From positions 14,160,421-14,224,420 of the forward strand of contig NC_081397.1 in assembly GCF_030684315.1 (NCBI RefSeq): 64,000 nucleotides of DNA, written 5' to 3'. Positions 37,996-51,604 of this stretch are shown here, in pieces. The translations under genes were made by a program, and so were the position numbers. The notes under the pieces are model-generated. The model did not search any database and had not been told where the DNA came from. It saw only the letters and a program-made list of their open reading frames with translations. Each line of letters starts with the position of its first letter. Within the stretch, counting starts at the first letter, position 1. The DNA comes from Stegostoma tigrinum (lineage: Eukaryota).

Positions 37996-38465
37996 AACTA
38001 ACAGCGTGAAACAGCAGCCAAACAATGAATTTCCATCAGTGTTCAGAAGACTAAAAGCTACAAGACTGATCCCCAGCAGCAGCTTCTTGCCGCTGTGTCT
38101 CCCTCCGCAGGCCCACACACAGCCCGAGAAAGGCCTCTCTCTCCCCGCCCCCAGGCCGCTCACTCCAAGTTCCGGGACCAGTTCCTGCTCCGCTCCGCCT
38201 CTTACCAACAGCCCCCGGTTCTCCCTGAACTGAGCCGCCCTCTGTGTCCCAGACTCACATCTCGATGCGCTGCTGGAAGGAGCCTGCTGTTCCCTCGCTT
38301 CCCTGGGCGCTGGTCTCTCCATTGCGGCCTGTTTCAAACAAACCTCTTCCACTCACTGAGTCAACACTCCTCAATGCCAGCGCTGGGGGACGGTCTCACG
38401 CATGCGCTCCTTTCATCGGCTGCCGGCGTCTTGGTGGTTTGGGAGTAAGGAACGCGCATGCGCTG
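37996..38465 (-). promoter_or_regulatory. Third copy of the CpG/NRF1 promoter-like block
   Basis: 37996-38360 is nearly identical to 15780-16165; cacgcatgcgc at 38397 and cgcgcatgcgc at 38453. Confidence 0.5.
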
Positions 38466-39045
38466 CTAACACATTTTGTTTCAAACCGAGCTTGCCCACA
38501 GCGCGGACAGGACACGGGATCATTGCCTGATCTGTCTGCAACAGGCAGGAGGGAAGCGCGGGGTTTGATACAGCCCAGGCAAACTGATCAACCGGCCGTG
38601 TAACCGTGGTTAATCAATCTTATCAAACACGCCGAATTAAACATCTTCAAAGCGATTAATTGCAAAATCCCTTTTCTTTTCGGGACATGTTTATTTCGCC
38701 CAGATTGTAAGCATTCCGAACACAATTTGTAATTACTGCCTGAAATGTCTTTCGCAGGTAAATGGGAGGAATACACCGTTAAAACATCGCCAGTGGTCCT
38801 AAAATTAAACAAATTAACATTCCTGGAAGGGTTAATGAGATGCATATACTGCATTATGTAACATTTGTGTCTGGACAGAATTACAAGTCGCGGCATGAAA
38901 TAGCCAGATGCAGTTTCAGTGACCATCCCCATGTGATACCATCCCCATTCTCAGTCTCCGCTCTCGGAAATGTGATATTTAAGTTACTCGAATCAATTCA
39001 AGTTTATGCTGTGTCTGCACTCGGAACCGGGACAGGGATCATTTG

Positions 39046-39229
39046 AGAGATAGACGGAATTACAGATGCTGGACAATCTGAAATAACAAGGTGTATAGTC
39101 GGATGGACAGAGCAAGCCGAGCAGCACCAGAGAAGCAGGAAGAAGGATCTGGGCCCGAAACGTCAGCTTTCCTGCTCCTCTGATGCTGCTTGGCCTGTTA
39201 TGGTCATCCAGCTCTGCACCATGTTATTT
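39046..39229. mobile_element. Family-A fold-back mini-element with ~14-bp TSD
   Basis: Flanked by cagggatcatt(t/c)ga at 39033 and 39230; the empty site is visible at 19469-19483 in the other arm. Confidence 0.8.
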
Positions 39230-39253
39230 CAGGGATCATTCGATCCAGGCTCA

Positions 39254-39292
39254 GCTCTTTCCTAAGAGATGTGGGCGGCTCTGAGAAGAGCC
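39254..39292 (-). terminator. Histone stem-loop plus downstream element (second H1)
   Basis: Minus strand GGCTCTTCTCAGAGCC (39277-39292), then 'ggaaagagctg'. Confidence 0.92.
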
Positions 39293-39328
39293 TTTGGGTT
39301 CAGTTTGTTACATGTTACACCGACTGCT

Positions 39329-39967
39329 TCATTTCTTTGCTGCTTTCTTGGTCACTTTCGCTTTGGGCTTGGCCTTCGGTTTCCTCGATTTCGGGGCCGG
39401 CTTTGCGGCCTTGGGGCTCTTGGTCTTTATCACCTTCTTCACGGGAGTCTTTTTCTTCGGCGCTGCTTTCTTCGCCGCTTTCTTTGGCGTTGCTGCCTTC
39501 TTGCCGCCCGCTTTCTTGCCTGTTGCTTTCTTGGCTGGGGATTTCTTCGCTGCCACCTTCCTGGCCGTTGTTTTCTTCACCGCTGCTTTCTTGGCGGCTG
39601 CTGCTGGTCTCGCCTTCTTTCCCACTTTTGCCTTGACTGGATTCTTTGCGAGTTTGAAGGAGCCGGAGACGCCCTGGCCCTTCACCAGAACCAGGGAGCC
39701 TTTCGCCAGGCACCTCTTGGCAGCCATCCTGATCTGTGCATTTTGCTTCTCCACATTGACCCCGCTTCTCTGCAGCGCCTTCTTTATAGCGACCAGAGAC
39801 GTCCCCTTCCGATCGCTGTTCTCCCCGACAATCTTCACAATCCGCTCGCCCAACCCGGGACCGGCTGGTTTCTTCCTGGGAGCCGCCGCCTTCTTCTTCT
39901 TGGGAGGCTTGGGTTTGGTGCTGGCGGAGGCTGGAGGAGCCGTTTCGGCGGCTGCACTGTCGCTCAT
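39329..39967 (-). CDS. H1: Histone H1, second copy, 212 aa
   Basis: Near-identical to 18761-19384, with a 5-aa insertion and three substitutions. Confidence 0.97.
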   Translation of the reverse strand: MSDSAAAETAPPASASTKPKPPKKKKAAAPRKKPAGPGLGERIVKIVGENSDRKGTSLVAIKKALQRSGVNVEKQNAQIRMAAKRCLAKGSLVLVKGQGVSGSFKLAKNPVKAKVGKKARPAAAAKKAAVKKTTARKVAAKKSPAKKATGKKAGGKKAATPKKAAKKAAPKKKTPVKKVIKTKSPKAAKPAPKSRKPKAKPKAKVTKKAAKK

Positions 39968-42439
39968 GTCGGGAACTCTGCGCTGAATCTCTCTCTGTCA
40001 GACTGAACTGGGTCAGCAATGAAGCTGCTGGTGGCGGCACTGAGCAACTTAAAGGCAGCGAGCGGACGGCGCGGAGACAACCTGCCCTCAGCTCCCTGCT
40101 CCTGCTGCCTGTCTGTGTTTCTCTCTCGGCAGAAACTCTGCAATTCCTCTGCAATTCCGCATCTCCAGAGAGCCAGGCTCGATCGTTCCTGACCCTGACA
40201 CGGGAAGGTTTGCGGCTGAAAGGTTTTCACTCGAATTGACGGCTCCGTTGTCGATTTTACCGCATTTTGCTGCTGCACTGATCGCGCTGTCTGAGCTGAG
40301 CGCTGGCATTATCATCATTTTTAGACTGAAATCTTGAAATCAACAAATATATTGCCTTGAATTCTATCTTTGAGGTTTAGTGGAGGAGCAGGGGGATGAC
40401 TTGAAATGAAAATCTTTTTGATTTGCACAAGAGAGACGTGGAAATATCATGATATGAGCGGACACACAAGCACATTTACGTGTGACTATCCCGCCCGCCC
40501 TTTTCCTACAGTCTCTCTGACTCAATATTCACATCCATACAGTCACAGGGCAGAAATATCTCTAAATGTACCTGTGGGAGGATGTACTTTCTCCCCCTTT
40601 CAGCCTGTGCTCCGGTACCCAGGGAATTAGTTGTAGTTTTTCTCCTCAGTAATTGTGAAACTCTCCGAGGTCTGTGCGCCGGAGATTCGTTCTGCTGCAT
40701 ATTCAGCTGCAAGAGCCACTCATCTGGTTTGAAGTCACATTGATCACCGAGATCAGTTTTTTTTTCAATTGCAGTGACAATACTCAACATCGTTTCTGGG
40801 AATCACACTCATAGAAACGTAAAGAATAGCAACTGGGCAAATAACACCCATCAGCCCTTCAAACCTCTCCTCCCACTCACCATGAAAATGGCAGATCATC
40901 CAACTCAATGGCTTGTCTCTGTTTTTTTTCCCCCACAGAGTCATACAGTGAGGATACAGACCGTTCAGTCCAATCAGTAGAGGCCGAGTATAATACCAAA
41001 TTGAATTCGTTCCATCTCCCTGTCCCTGACCTATTTCTTTTCAAAACTGTCGTGTTTATGCACTTCTCCAAATGTCGTTTTAATGTCATTATAGTCACGT
41101 CGACCATTTCGACAGGTAGTTTATTCCACATCGTTCCGTGTTCTATGTTTAAAAAACGCCCCTCGTGTCTTTTTTAAAATCTCTCGCCTGTAACATTAAA
41201 ATGACTGCCCTGATTTTCTATTCCCTCCATCCCACGCAAAGTTCAACGACCATTAACTTTGTCTCACTCCATCAGTATATTACAAACTGTGAGAAGGTGA
41301 CTTCTCAACATCCTACTCTCCAGTGAAAAAAAGCCCCAGCCTATCCATGAAAACACGGTGTGGAACTGAATGAACACAGCAGGTCAAGCAGCATCTTCGT
41401 GACAGGAAAGCTGACATTCTGGATCTTGACCCCTATACATCCTTTCTATTTGACTCGAGCCTTACATACTCTGCAAATACCAGTGAATCTCTTCTCAAAT
41501 TTCAAAAACGGTGTTAAATAGCCCTCTAAAATGACAGTTTTGTAGAGTGTAAAAAGACCACCATCCATACTCACGAATATATCCATTTAAAAGGGCTTGG
41601 GCAGTTGATGTGGAGGAACACCACCTTGATACTAGGCACGTTTCCCATCCAATCACGCACAATCCTAATTTGGAAATACGTCCCCTTGCCTTCACTGTCT
41701 CTGAATCAAGACCCTGGAACTACCTGTGAACTGCAATGTAGGCAGCACATGGACGAGAACTATTTTAGAAGGTGGCTCAGCACCAACTTCTCAATGGGGG
41801 CAACTAGGGACGCGCAATCAATGCTGGACAAAGGCAGAGACGTCCTCTTCCCAGGAATGCGCAAACAAGAAAAAACAGGTGGGTCATTCGTCGCGGGAAC
41901 CCATTCATCACAAGTTTTCTGCCTGCAGCATACTGAGAATAAAGTCAGTCATCAATTCCAAACTGGTATTTGCATCGGGCCCAGGGATATTAGTACACAC
42001 CTCTGGTCCGGGTGTGGCTTTAGCACGGCCCACCTGACCCAGAAATAGGGAAACTACCTCTGCGCTGCAAGACACCCCACAGCACTTACATTCTGCCTTC
42101 GTAATAATGTCACATTTATTCCATCGCTCTGTGTTACCTTGACAGAGTCAATATGGGACGAAGGCCAGCAGAATTAAATATCTAAGTTAACATGAGATCA
42201 GACGTGATTTTATTGAATAGTATAGAATATTTAATGGGCCGAACGGCTGCCAGCTTCTCCGCTTCCCGACCAGATTGTGAGAAAGCCGGGGGGAGGCAGA
42301 TATTAACATGACCCGGGAATGAGCTCCATTGGAGCTTCACAAAGTTTGAAACATTTCATGCCATTTCCCCCACAGCCTCCATTCGCTTTGCTTAAACTGG
42401 GAGGAAAGGGAATTGGGGAAGTAACCAATTGATGTTAGT

Positions 42440-43836
42440 TGAACACAGCAGGCCAAGCAGCATCTCAGGAGCACAAAAGCTGACGTTTCGGGCCTAGACC
42501 CTTCATCAGAGAGGGGGATGGGGGGAGGGAACTGGAATAAATAGGGAGAGAGGGGGAGGCGGACCCCTTATTTGCTGGAAGGAACAATTGCTATCCATCA
42601 ATTTGTGAGGCATTGAAGGGATTCTTCTGTGCTGTCTCACAATGTCCGCGGAAGATTGGCATAAACATTTCCCTCTTCACCTTGACCTGGTTCCTCATCC
42701 CCTCGCATATCTGTGTGCCTCAGGGTGGTGTATGTGATTCAGGATGGTTGCTGGTCTGCTTGCTCAGCCTGAAAATAGGACAATACAGAAACATAGTAAA
42801 TGAGGAGCAGGAGCAAAATCGGTGGCCTCATGGACAGTGAAGGTGGTTATCTCAGAGTACATTGGGAACTTGATCAACTGGGCCAATGGGCCGAGGACTG
42901 GCAGGTAGAGTTTAATTTAGACAAATATAGAGGTGTTGCATTTTTGCTGAGGCAAACCAGGGCAGGTTAATGGTAGGGCCGTGGGGAGTGTTGTCAAACA
43001 GAGGGATCGAAGGGTGCAGGCACACAGTTCCATAAAGTGGAGTCACAGGCGGACAGCAAGTTTGGAACAGTTGCCTTCATCAGTTCCAACACTGAGTGTA
43101 GGAGTTGAGATGTTATGATGTGGCTGTCCAAGACATTTTGCCCCTAAGAACTCGATGCTGCTACTTGAACAACATTCACTACTCTGATCCCAACCACTTT
43201 CTGTGGCAGAGAATCCCATTGGCTCCCCACCCTCTTGGTGAAGACATTTCTCCCCACCCTCAGCCCTTCCCCATCTCCTTTAGACTGTGACCCCCTGAGG
43301 GTGTAGGTGGGGAGGTAGGGAGGGGATAGGTCAGTCCAGGGAAGACGGACAGGTCAAGGAGGTGGGATGAGGTTAGTAGGTAGCTGGGGGTGCGGCTTGG
43401 GGTGGGAGGAAGGGATGGGTGAGAGGAAGAACCGGTTAGGGAGGCAGAGACAGGTTGGACTGGTTTTGGGATGCAGTGGGTGGGGGGGAAGAGCTGGGCT
43501 GGTTGTGTGGTGCAGTGGGGGGAGGGGATGATCTGGGCTGGTTTAGGGATGCAGTGGGGGAAGGGGAGATTTTGAAACTGGTGAAGTCCACATTGATACC
43601 ATATGGCTGCAGGGTTCCCAGGCGGAATATGAGTTGCTGTTCCTGCAACCTTCGGGTGGCATCATTGTGGCAGTGCAGGAGGCCCATGATGGACATGTCA
43701 TCTAAAGAATGGGAGGGGGAGTGGAAATGGTTTGCGACTGGGAGGTGCAGTTGTTTGTTACGAACTGAGCGGAGGTGTTCTGCAAAGCGGTCCCCAAGCC
43801 TCCGCTTGGTTTCCCCAATGTAGAGGAAGCCGCACC
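42440..43836 (-). mobile_element. Neptune-type Penelope fragment, split by unrelated and CR1-derived DNA (42566-43297)
   Basis: pLTR with intact hammerhead core at 42481-42510; ORF 43436-43696 is nearly identical to the 22047-22907 C-terminus; a CR1 piece lies at ~42830-43135. Confidence 0.88.
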
Positions 43837-46239
43837 GGGGAGAACCGTGGGCTGTTGGTAAGAGGCGGAGCGGAGCAGGAACTGGTCCCGGAACTTGGAG
43901 TGAGCGGCTTGGGGGCGGGGAGAGAGAGGCCTTTCTCGGGCTGTGTGTGGGCCTGCGGAGGGAGACACAGCGGCAAGAAGCTGCTGCTGGGGGTCAGTCT
44001 TGTAGCTTTTAGTCTTCTAAACACTGATGGAAATTCATTGTTTGGCTGCTGTTTCACGCTGTTAGTTGCGAGTTTGCATTGAACCGTGAATAAAACAAAG
44101 CAGTGTGTGCAAACGGGCTCATCCCGCGAAGGAGAAACATAGCAGTCACCGGATTAAGAGTTTCCAGCAAAATATTTGAAATCGTGCCTGTTGTGCTTCC
44201 CTTCAATAGTTCGTGTATTGGGAGCTGGATATTGAACCGTGTAAGCATTCCATTCGTGGATCTGGTTCGTTTTTGTATCTTAGTAAATTGTTTTAGAATT
44301 TCGCTAAAAGAAAGAGGAGGAACCCGGGTTAGTTGTGTAACCGGACCCTTTTCTGTTCGACTCGTTGGCTTTAAAACAAGGAATTATCATGAGTATTCAC
44401 GAAATTTTCTATTGATGAGCTTTGATATTTTGAAACTCGGTGGATGTCGATTTACGGGAGAATTCTCTTTTGCCTTTCTCCAGGCAATTATCTGATGTGC
44501 CAAGACAATGTCACATTTCCGTGGTGCAACACCAAGTGTGACTAGCTGCTCCTACTAACAGCAGGTATGTTCCCACTGTCAGAGCGGAGACTGTCCTTTC
44601 CACAGTCGCGGTTTAAGTAACTCGCATTGAACGCAATTTCCAGAAAGAAACAATTAAACCAGCGATCAAATGCCACCAACAAAATACAAATGTAACCTTT
44701 TTTTTCCTCTTCTCAATATAATCTAACCCAGTTCCAGTAAAGGTCATTTTTGACAGCCCATTGTCATTCACAGCATTTGAAGAGAAGAGATTGAATTTAT
44801 GTCACAAATATACTCTCAATAACTACATTGAATTCACATTAAGTGAGGGTATTTTGATAGTTATAATCCAGGTATACAACCTGATCACAAGGTTTAGAGC
44901 TGGATGAATACAACAGGCCAAGCAGCATCATAGGAGCAGGAAAGCTGATGTTTCTGATGAAAATTTTAGGCCCAAAATGTCAGCTTTCCTGCCCCTGAGA
45001 TGCTGCTTGGCCTGCTGTCTTCATCCAGCTCCACACCTTGTTATCTCGGATTCTCCAGCATCTGCAGTTCCATTTAAGTCTGATACAAACAGATCAAGTT
45101 GTTACAATGACCATATATGGAGTAGGTATTGAGTACAAATATAGAAGGAAACTTGTGATGTTTATCAGTGACTGAGGACAGAAATAGTAAACAAAAACAG
45201 AATTTTCTGGAAAAGCTCAGCAGGCCTGGCAGCATGCGTGAAGAGAAATCAGAAATAATGTTTCGGATCCAGTGACCTTTGCGCAGAACTGAGGAAGTGT
45301 TTGAAAAGTTAACCATGATTTCTCTTCACGTGCTGCCAGACCTGCTTTGCGTTTCCTGCAAATTCCATGTTTGTCTCTGACTTGCAGCACCTGAAGTTTT
45401 TTGAGTTTTTATTTAGGACTAAAATTATCTTTTGATGAATGATGTCTCATACAAAGACACAGAAATTAAATAATGTGAATTGCAAATGCACTTTCTCTGC
45501 CAAAGCCTGACAAGTAGAGAATGCAGCATGGTCTGTCAGATACAGAATAAAATTCTCCAAATAAATAAATGAAAAAAAACTCAATATCCCAGTACACAAA
45601 GTGAAACTAAGTATCTCAGTAAAACTGGAAACAACCTACACTGACTCACAGGGCCAGCTTTTTTAAAAGAAAAATAAGCTTGTCTGTCCATTTCTACATG
45701 ATATCTTTACACTGACGCACTATCCAACACTTGGATTCATGAAAATGCCTCAGAAATACAGACCAAGTAAATGTCAGAAGCAGGCCATTCAGCCCATTGT
45801 GCTTGCTCTAGAACATTTGTACTCTTCAACTGTTTCCACAAATTGTTGGGAATATGATCTGCTCTCCACCTGCTTACCCCCTCAGACTGACAGAAAGCTC
45901 ATAAACTGCAAATGGAAATGGGATTAAGGCTCACTCTCTACACACTCATAACTATTCTCTCAGATTGAAGCACAGTCACAGAATATCACTGGTGGCCAGA
46001 GAATAAAACCACTTTGATGCACAAGAGTAGAAATTGATTATTTTGGATTGAGAACTTCACTCACACAGTCACACAGCAAAAACTGGTATATTTGCAACAA
46101 TTACTAAACTCACAAATGGACCTAACAGAAACGGAAAGGCATACGTTAATAGTTGCTCTTGTTCACGTTGCAGTAACTGACAAGAAGAGAATGATAATAA
46201 CACACACATTCTCATTGTTCAAAACAGGAGAGGGGTTCG

Positions 46240-46970
46240 ACAGTTAATGGGAGGGCCATGGGAAGTGTTCCCCAACAAAGACACCAAGGTGTTTGTGTGC
46301 GTAGTTCATTGAAAGTGGAGTTGCAAGTGGATAAGGTGGTGAAGCAAGTGTTTTCCTTCATTGGTCAGTGCATTGAGAATAGGAGTTGAAATGTCATGTT
46401 GTGGCTGTACAGGAAATGTTTTGGGTCCACTTTTACTGCTTAAAGTTCTGGCCAACCTGCTGTCAGAAAGAAGTTGTTGAACTGCAGAGGGCGCAGCAAA
46501 TGTTTACAGAGATGTTAGCTGGACGAGATGGTGTGAACTGTTTGGAGAGGGTGAACAGGCTCGGGCTTTCTCCCCTGCAGCGTCAGAGACCGAGGGGTGA
46601 CCTTGTAGAGGTTTATAAAGTCATGAGGGGCATGGATAGGGTGAATAGCCATGGTCTCTTTTTCTCGGGTGGAGGAGCCCAAACCTTAAAGGCATAGGTT
46701 TACAGTGAGAGGGTCAATGTTAAAAGAGACCTGAGGGAGATTTCTTTAGTGCAGAGTGTGGGGCATGTCTGGAACAAGCTGACAGAGGTACACCTTGTGG
46801 AGGGTACAATGATAAGTTTTAAACACCATTGGACGGGTAGACGAACAGGTCGACATGAGAGGGATATGTGCAAAATGCTGGCAAATGGGACGAGGTCAGT
46901 TTGGGATGTTAATCTATTGCAGACCAGTTGGATGAAAGGGTCTGTCCCCATTCTGTTTCACTCATGGACG
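46240..46970 (+). mobile_element. CR1 LINE 3' fragment (mirror of 12890-13625)
   Basis: ORF 46386-46697 'RGDLVEVYKVMRGMDRV'. Confidence 0.8.
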
Positions 46971-49900
46971 CTGTGATGCTCGAACTGATTCTGTACATAA
47001 ATACAGATACTGCAAGGACAGGTCAGACTCTGGGTATCCTGCAGTGAGTGTCTGGTCTCCTGCTTCCCCAAATCCTGTCCAACATCTAATGTGATCAAGT
47101 CAGGAATGTGATGGTTTAGCCCCACTTACCCGGATGAGTGCAGCTCCACAAACACACCAGAAGCAAGATACCATCCAGGAGAGAAACCTTGATTGGCTCC
47201 ACATCCGCAAACGTCCATTCCCTCAAACACCAATGCTCAAGCAGCAATGTGTACCTTCCAGAAGATGCACAGCTGGAATTCACCAATGCTCCATAGACAG
47301 TGCCTTCCAAGCCCACGACCACTTCCATCTAGATACCACTGACACAGGGTGCCATCCAATACTTGCGTGTTGCTTCAGTGAGAATGTCCCATTTCTTTCA
47401 TTTCTCTGTATGTTCGTTCAACATTGAATTAATATTTATGGGATAAAGGTCAAGGTGAATGAATGCTACAGTTAACGGCTCACTTGGATCAGATATTGTC
47501 ATTGAACAGTGGAGCAAATTGAATGGGCCAAATTTTCAATCCACTTCTTTGATTCCCTGCAGGAGTGAAACTCCAGACCGAGGACAAAGACTCGGGGCAG
47601 GCAGAATTCAGGCTAATGGCAGTATTTCGTCAACCAGTCACCAGATCATGCGGGGAGAGGGCCACAGCCACCCCTCTTGAAGATGCAGTTACATCATTAA
47701 TTTTTAGCTCAGATTGGAAAGCGATTGATGACACTCTGATTCTCACAGTGGAATACAGTATTATACATTTTGTTGCAGTGATTCAATGCAACTGGATCAC
47801 TGTGCCTTTCCCCATATTCGATACAACGAATCCTTTGAAACTCCTAATTGAAGATGGGCCCTCTATTAGCCAGGCCAAGAGTCGCCACAATCTCATAATG
47901 TTTAACAGCCAATGTAATCACCAGGCCATGGGATCTTTCCATGCATCTATTAATTCGCTTTTCAAAGTTACTGGCTGTACACCTTCAGTCATGCCCCAGA
48001 ATCACTTACCTATCAGGCTAGCTTGAATTCTGCTGTCAATTGTATTAATTTTGTGTCTCTATTAAATTCTGTTACTCCTCTTATTTTCCCACTGTCTGAA
48101 TTATAATAAAACAGACAGTTCACTCCAACGAGGAAACCAGGCAGCATCAGAGTATCAGGAAAGTTGATGCTTCTGAAGAAGAGTCCTGACCCACAACTTA
48201 AACTTTCCTGCACCTCTGCTGCCTGTCCTGCTGTGTTCCTCCAGCTCCACATTGTGTTATCTCCAACTGCAGCATTGGCAGGGCTTACTATTGCTGAGTT
48301 GATTCTTACGACTTGCTATGAGATTCATGATATTAATTGTATTATAAAGTGAGTTTTATTTGAAGCATTTTGCTTACCGTACTCTTAGCTCTGTTGGAGC
48401 TAATGAATTGTGAGCCATTTGCTTCTTCTTGGATGCACCAGGCATTCCTTTAGTCACATAGGAAACCTTCTGGAGACTAATTAACTTTCATACCCATATC
48501 TGAATCTTCTCCCCTAATGCTTGTATATAGATTTAGAATTACATTGAAATCCATCTGAAGGATCTTTCACTGGAACCAATTTCTTAATATTGTGAATATC
48601 GCTGCAAGATGGAGTTATCTGCTGTTTTCATGATGAGCTAGGCCAGCTGTCTTTGGGATGATTGACACCCCTCGTCCTAACTAACTATATTCATCTAATG
48701 GGACAATATCCTTTCATTAAAGGGACTGAAATCAATTGCTTATCAATTTTAATGAACTTGTTTGATTCTGTAGATTTTTTTTTACAAGCCATAATCCCAT
48801 TAGTTCAACTGTTTGTTTATTGCAGAATTTACTGTCCCCTTCAATTTTTGTTGCAAACCTTCAAACTGACTCCAACAAATCTTGCAGCTGTTGTTTTTGC
48901 AATGCTCCCTTTTGCCTCGGAATAACCTCTTCTCAAAAGTACCATTGTGTCTTTGTTAAATGCTGGAGCAGGCTTTTTTCATTCTGTTTAACCACATGTC
49001 AGTCATATGCAGCAGGGCTAGAGGAACAGCTTAGCTGCCAGCCATTCGGTGTCTCTTAGACTTGGGCAGCCCGAACATTGCTCATTCAATTCTGAGAGAG
49101 CTGGAGACAGGGAGTTATTAATGTGACCTGGGAAAGAGCTCTATTATTGCTCCACAAAGGGCTGATGCCTCAGCTTGAAGCATTCTCTGCCCTTTTCCCC
49201 ACAGCCCCAGTTGCTTTCTTCACAGTGGGAGAGAAGGGAGTTAGGGAATGACCCATTGATGTTTGTTGTTGGGAATTATTGGGAAAAGCAGTCCATGCCA
49301 TTGGTGGCCCTGCCCCAAATGCTGCTTGTTTGGCTACTGTTTCACACTGTTTATCGTCATTGTGCAAAGAATAGTGGAAACACAGGCAAGATGGTGGAAA
49401 TATAAGAATCCTGTAAGGGACGCAGATTGGAGTCAACAGATTATATGTCTCGAGCAAAAACATTTGAAATAGTGTCTGTTGTGCTTCTTTACAACAGTTA
49501 GTGTGTTGGGATCTGGTAACACAAACTGTCAATATTACAGCATCCTCAGGTAGCACCTTTAGATGCAGCTGTGCAATTGTTCAGTTTCTGGACCTCGCTG
49601 AGTTAGACCTGTGTTTGAATTGATGGCTTCAAAGAAAAGGCCGAAGTCTCACGATTTGTGTGATAGTCCAATAGGCTTATTTTAAAATCTCAAGCTTTTG
49701 GAGCTCTGCTGCATTGTCAGGTGAAGTTGAAGAAAAGAAACATCCTAATAATTATCAACTGAATATACGTTAATCTGTTTGAGATTGTCAAACCTGGCTG
49801 ATGCTGATTTACAGAATGTTTCTCTTCTGTTTTCATCCAGGCAAATACATGAAGGACCAAGACAAAGTATCATTTCCTTGGTGCAAAGCCAAGTGTGAGC

Positions 49901-51604
49901 AGCTGCTTCTCACAAACAGCAGGTATGTTACAGCTGTCAGAATGGATCATTTCCACAGGCAAAGAGCAGTTTGAGTCAGAGACACAGTGAACTCAATTTC
50001 CAGAGAAATGCATTCAAAAAAACAGTCAAATACAAGCAACAAAATACAAGTAGTTTGTTTTCTCTCTTCCCAATGCACACCTCCTCGGTTGCTATAATTT
50101 TCTTCATTCATAGCCGACTGACATTTACAACATTTTTGAAAAGTCACAGACTGAATCTTCATCTGATTCGGACACCGAGGAACTGCAGTAAATCTGCATT
50201 TAGTAAGCATGTTTTTCAAATTACTGTCAAGGTGAAGAAATAGTTCATGCAGTTACACAGTTACTTCGCACAGTGTGAGTACAGATATGGAAGAAAACAT
50301 TCACATTATCAGTAACTGAGCAGGACTCTGTCTATGTTTTGACAAATTGATGTCCCAGGCATAGAGAGAAGAATTAAATAATGTGACTTCCAAATGTGTG
50401 ACATAAAATAGTTACTGAGAGCACATAACATAAACTGCACATGCGCGCGCGCACACACGCACCGACTTACTGAGTGATTTACGATGTATTCCAAATACAT
50501 ACATGCACCGTTCCAACACACATTCCTCAACATCTAATAGCCATGAAGACCATGTACACTTCAAGCCTCAGCACATGTAACACTAAAAATGATTTCTACT
50601 CTCAGATTTCAGGTCAGAGAGCTAGCCTTCTATGAAAGAGACAAACAGAACAAAAAGTGAGCTCAGTTCTCCAATCTCCATGCACTCCCTGTAGGATTTA
50701 ACTACATGGTAATGGCCATGGTCATAAATTAAGTATCAATTGTTCGCGACATCATCAAAAAAAATTGTGTGAATTTTTTGACATACTGAATTCCCATGAA
50801 GTAGTCCAAGTAGTAGATTGAACAAGAGATTCATTGTACCTCCAAATATCTCACGGTGTCTTAGACTGAGAGAGGTAACTAAAGTTTTTTTTTCCTTTTG
50901 TACAAACTGGAAGAATTGCATATCAGGACAAGTGTCAGATTGAAACCTACATTGCCATTGAATTTGTTTGACCCACAAACTGAATAGCAGAACCCACTGC
51001 CGAATATAAAGTTTTAAATCTACCTGAAGGAAATTAAATGTTGACCTGAAAACAGACAGAAAATAACATATGTTCAAGCAGATACCAAGTTTTTTGACTT
51101 ACAATTAAGAATGATTCGTACAGTGAACTTGCAACAAAAATGTGCACATTAAACTCAACACATTCAAACCAGAGACTGACCAATATTAGAATAAAACTTA
51201 AACTGTACCATAGAATGAATATTGTGGAACATACTCAAACTTCAGCCGCACTGCGAGAGTTAGCGAATGGTATAAACACTGACGGTTTCACTTACAGCAC
51301 CTTACATAGCTGCAGATAAAATCTTATTCATGTTAATGAGCAGATATTTGAACATCAAAGAAAACCTGCAGATGTTGAAAGAGCAATATTCAGCTGAAAC
51401 TGACAGTCACAGATCGATAACTTCACTTGCACATTTACACAGCAGAAACTTGACAGGGAGAGAACGATAAATGCATTTACAAATCAGATAGTGACAGGTA
51501 TAGCTTAATAATTAGTTTCTCAGATTTACAGGGCAGGATCTGACTGGCAGAAATGAGAAAATACTCTCACAGCCATAGAGAAGAAAGTGACAATCACATA
51601 TCAT

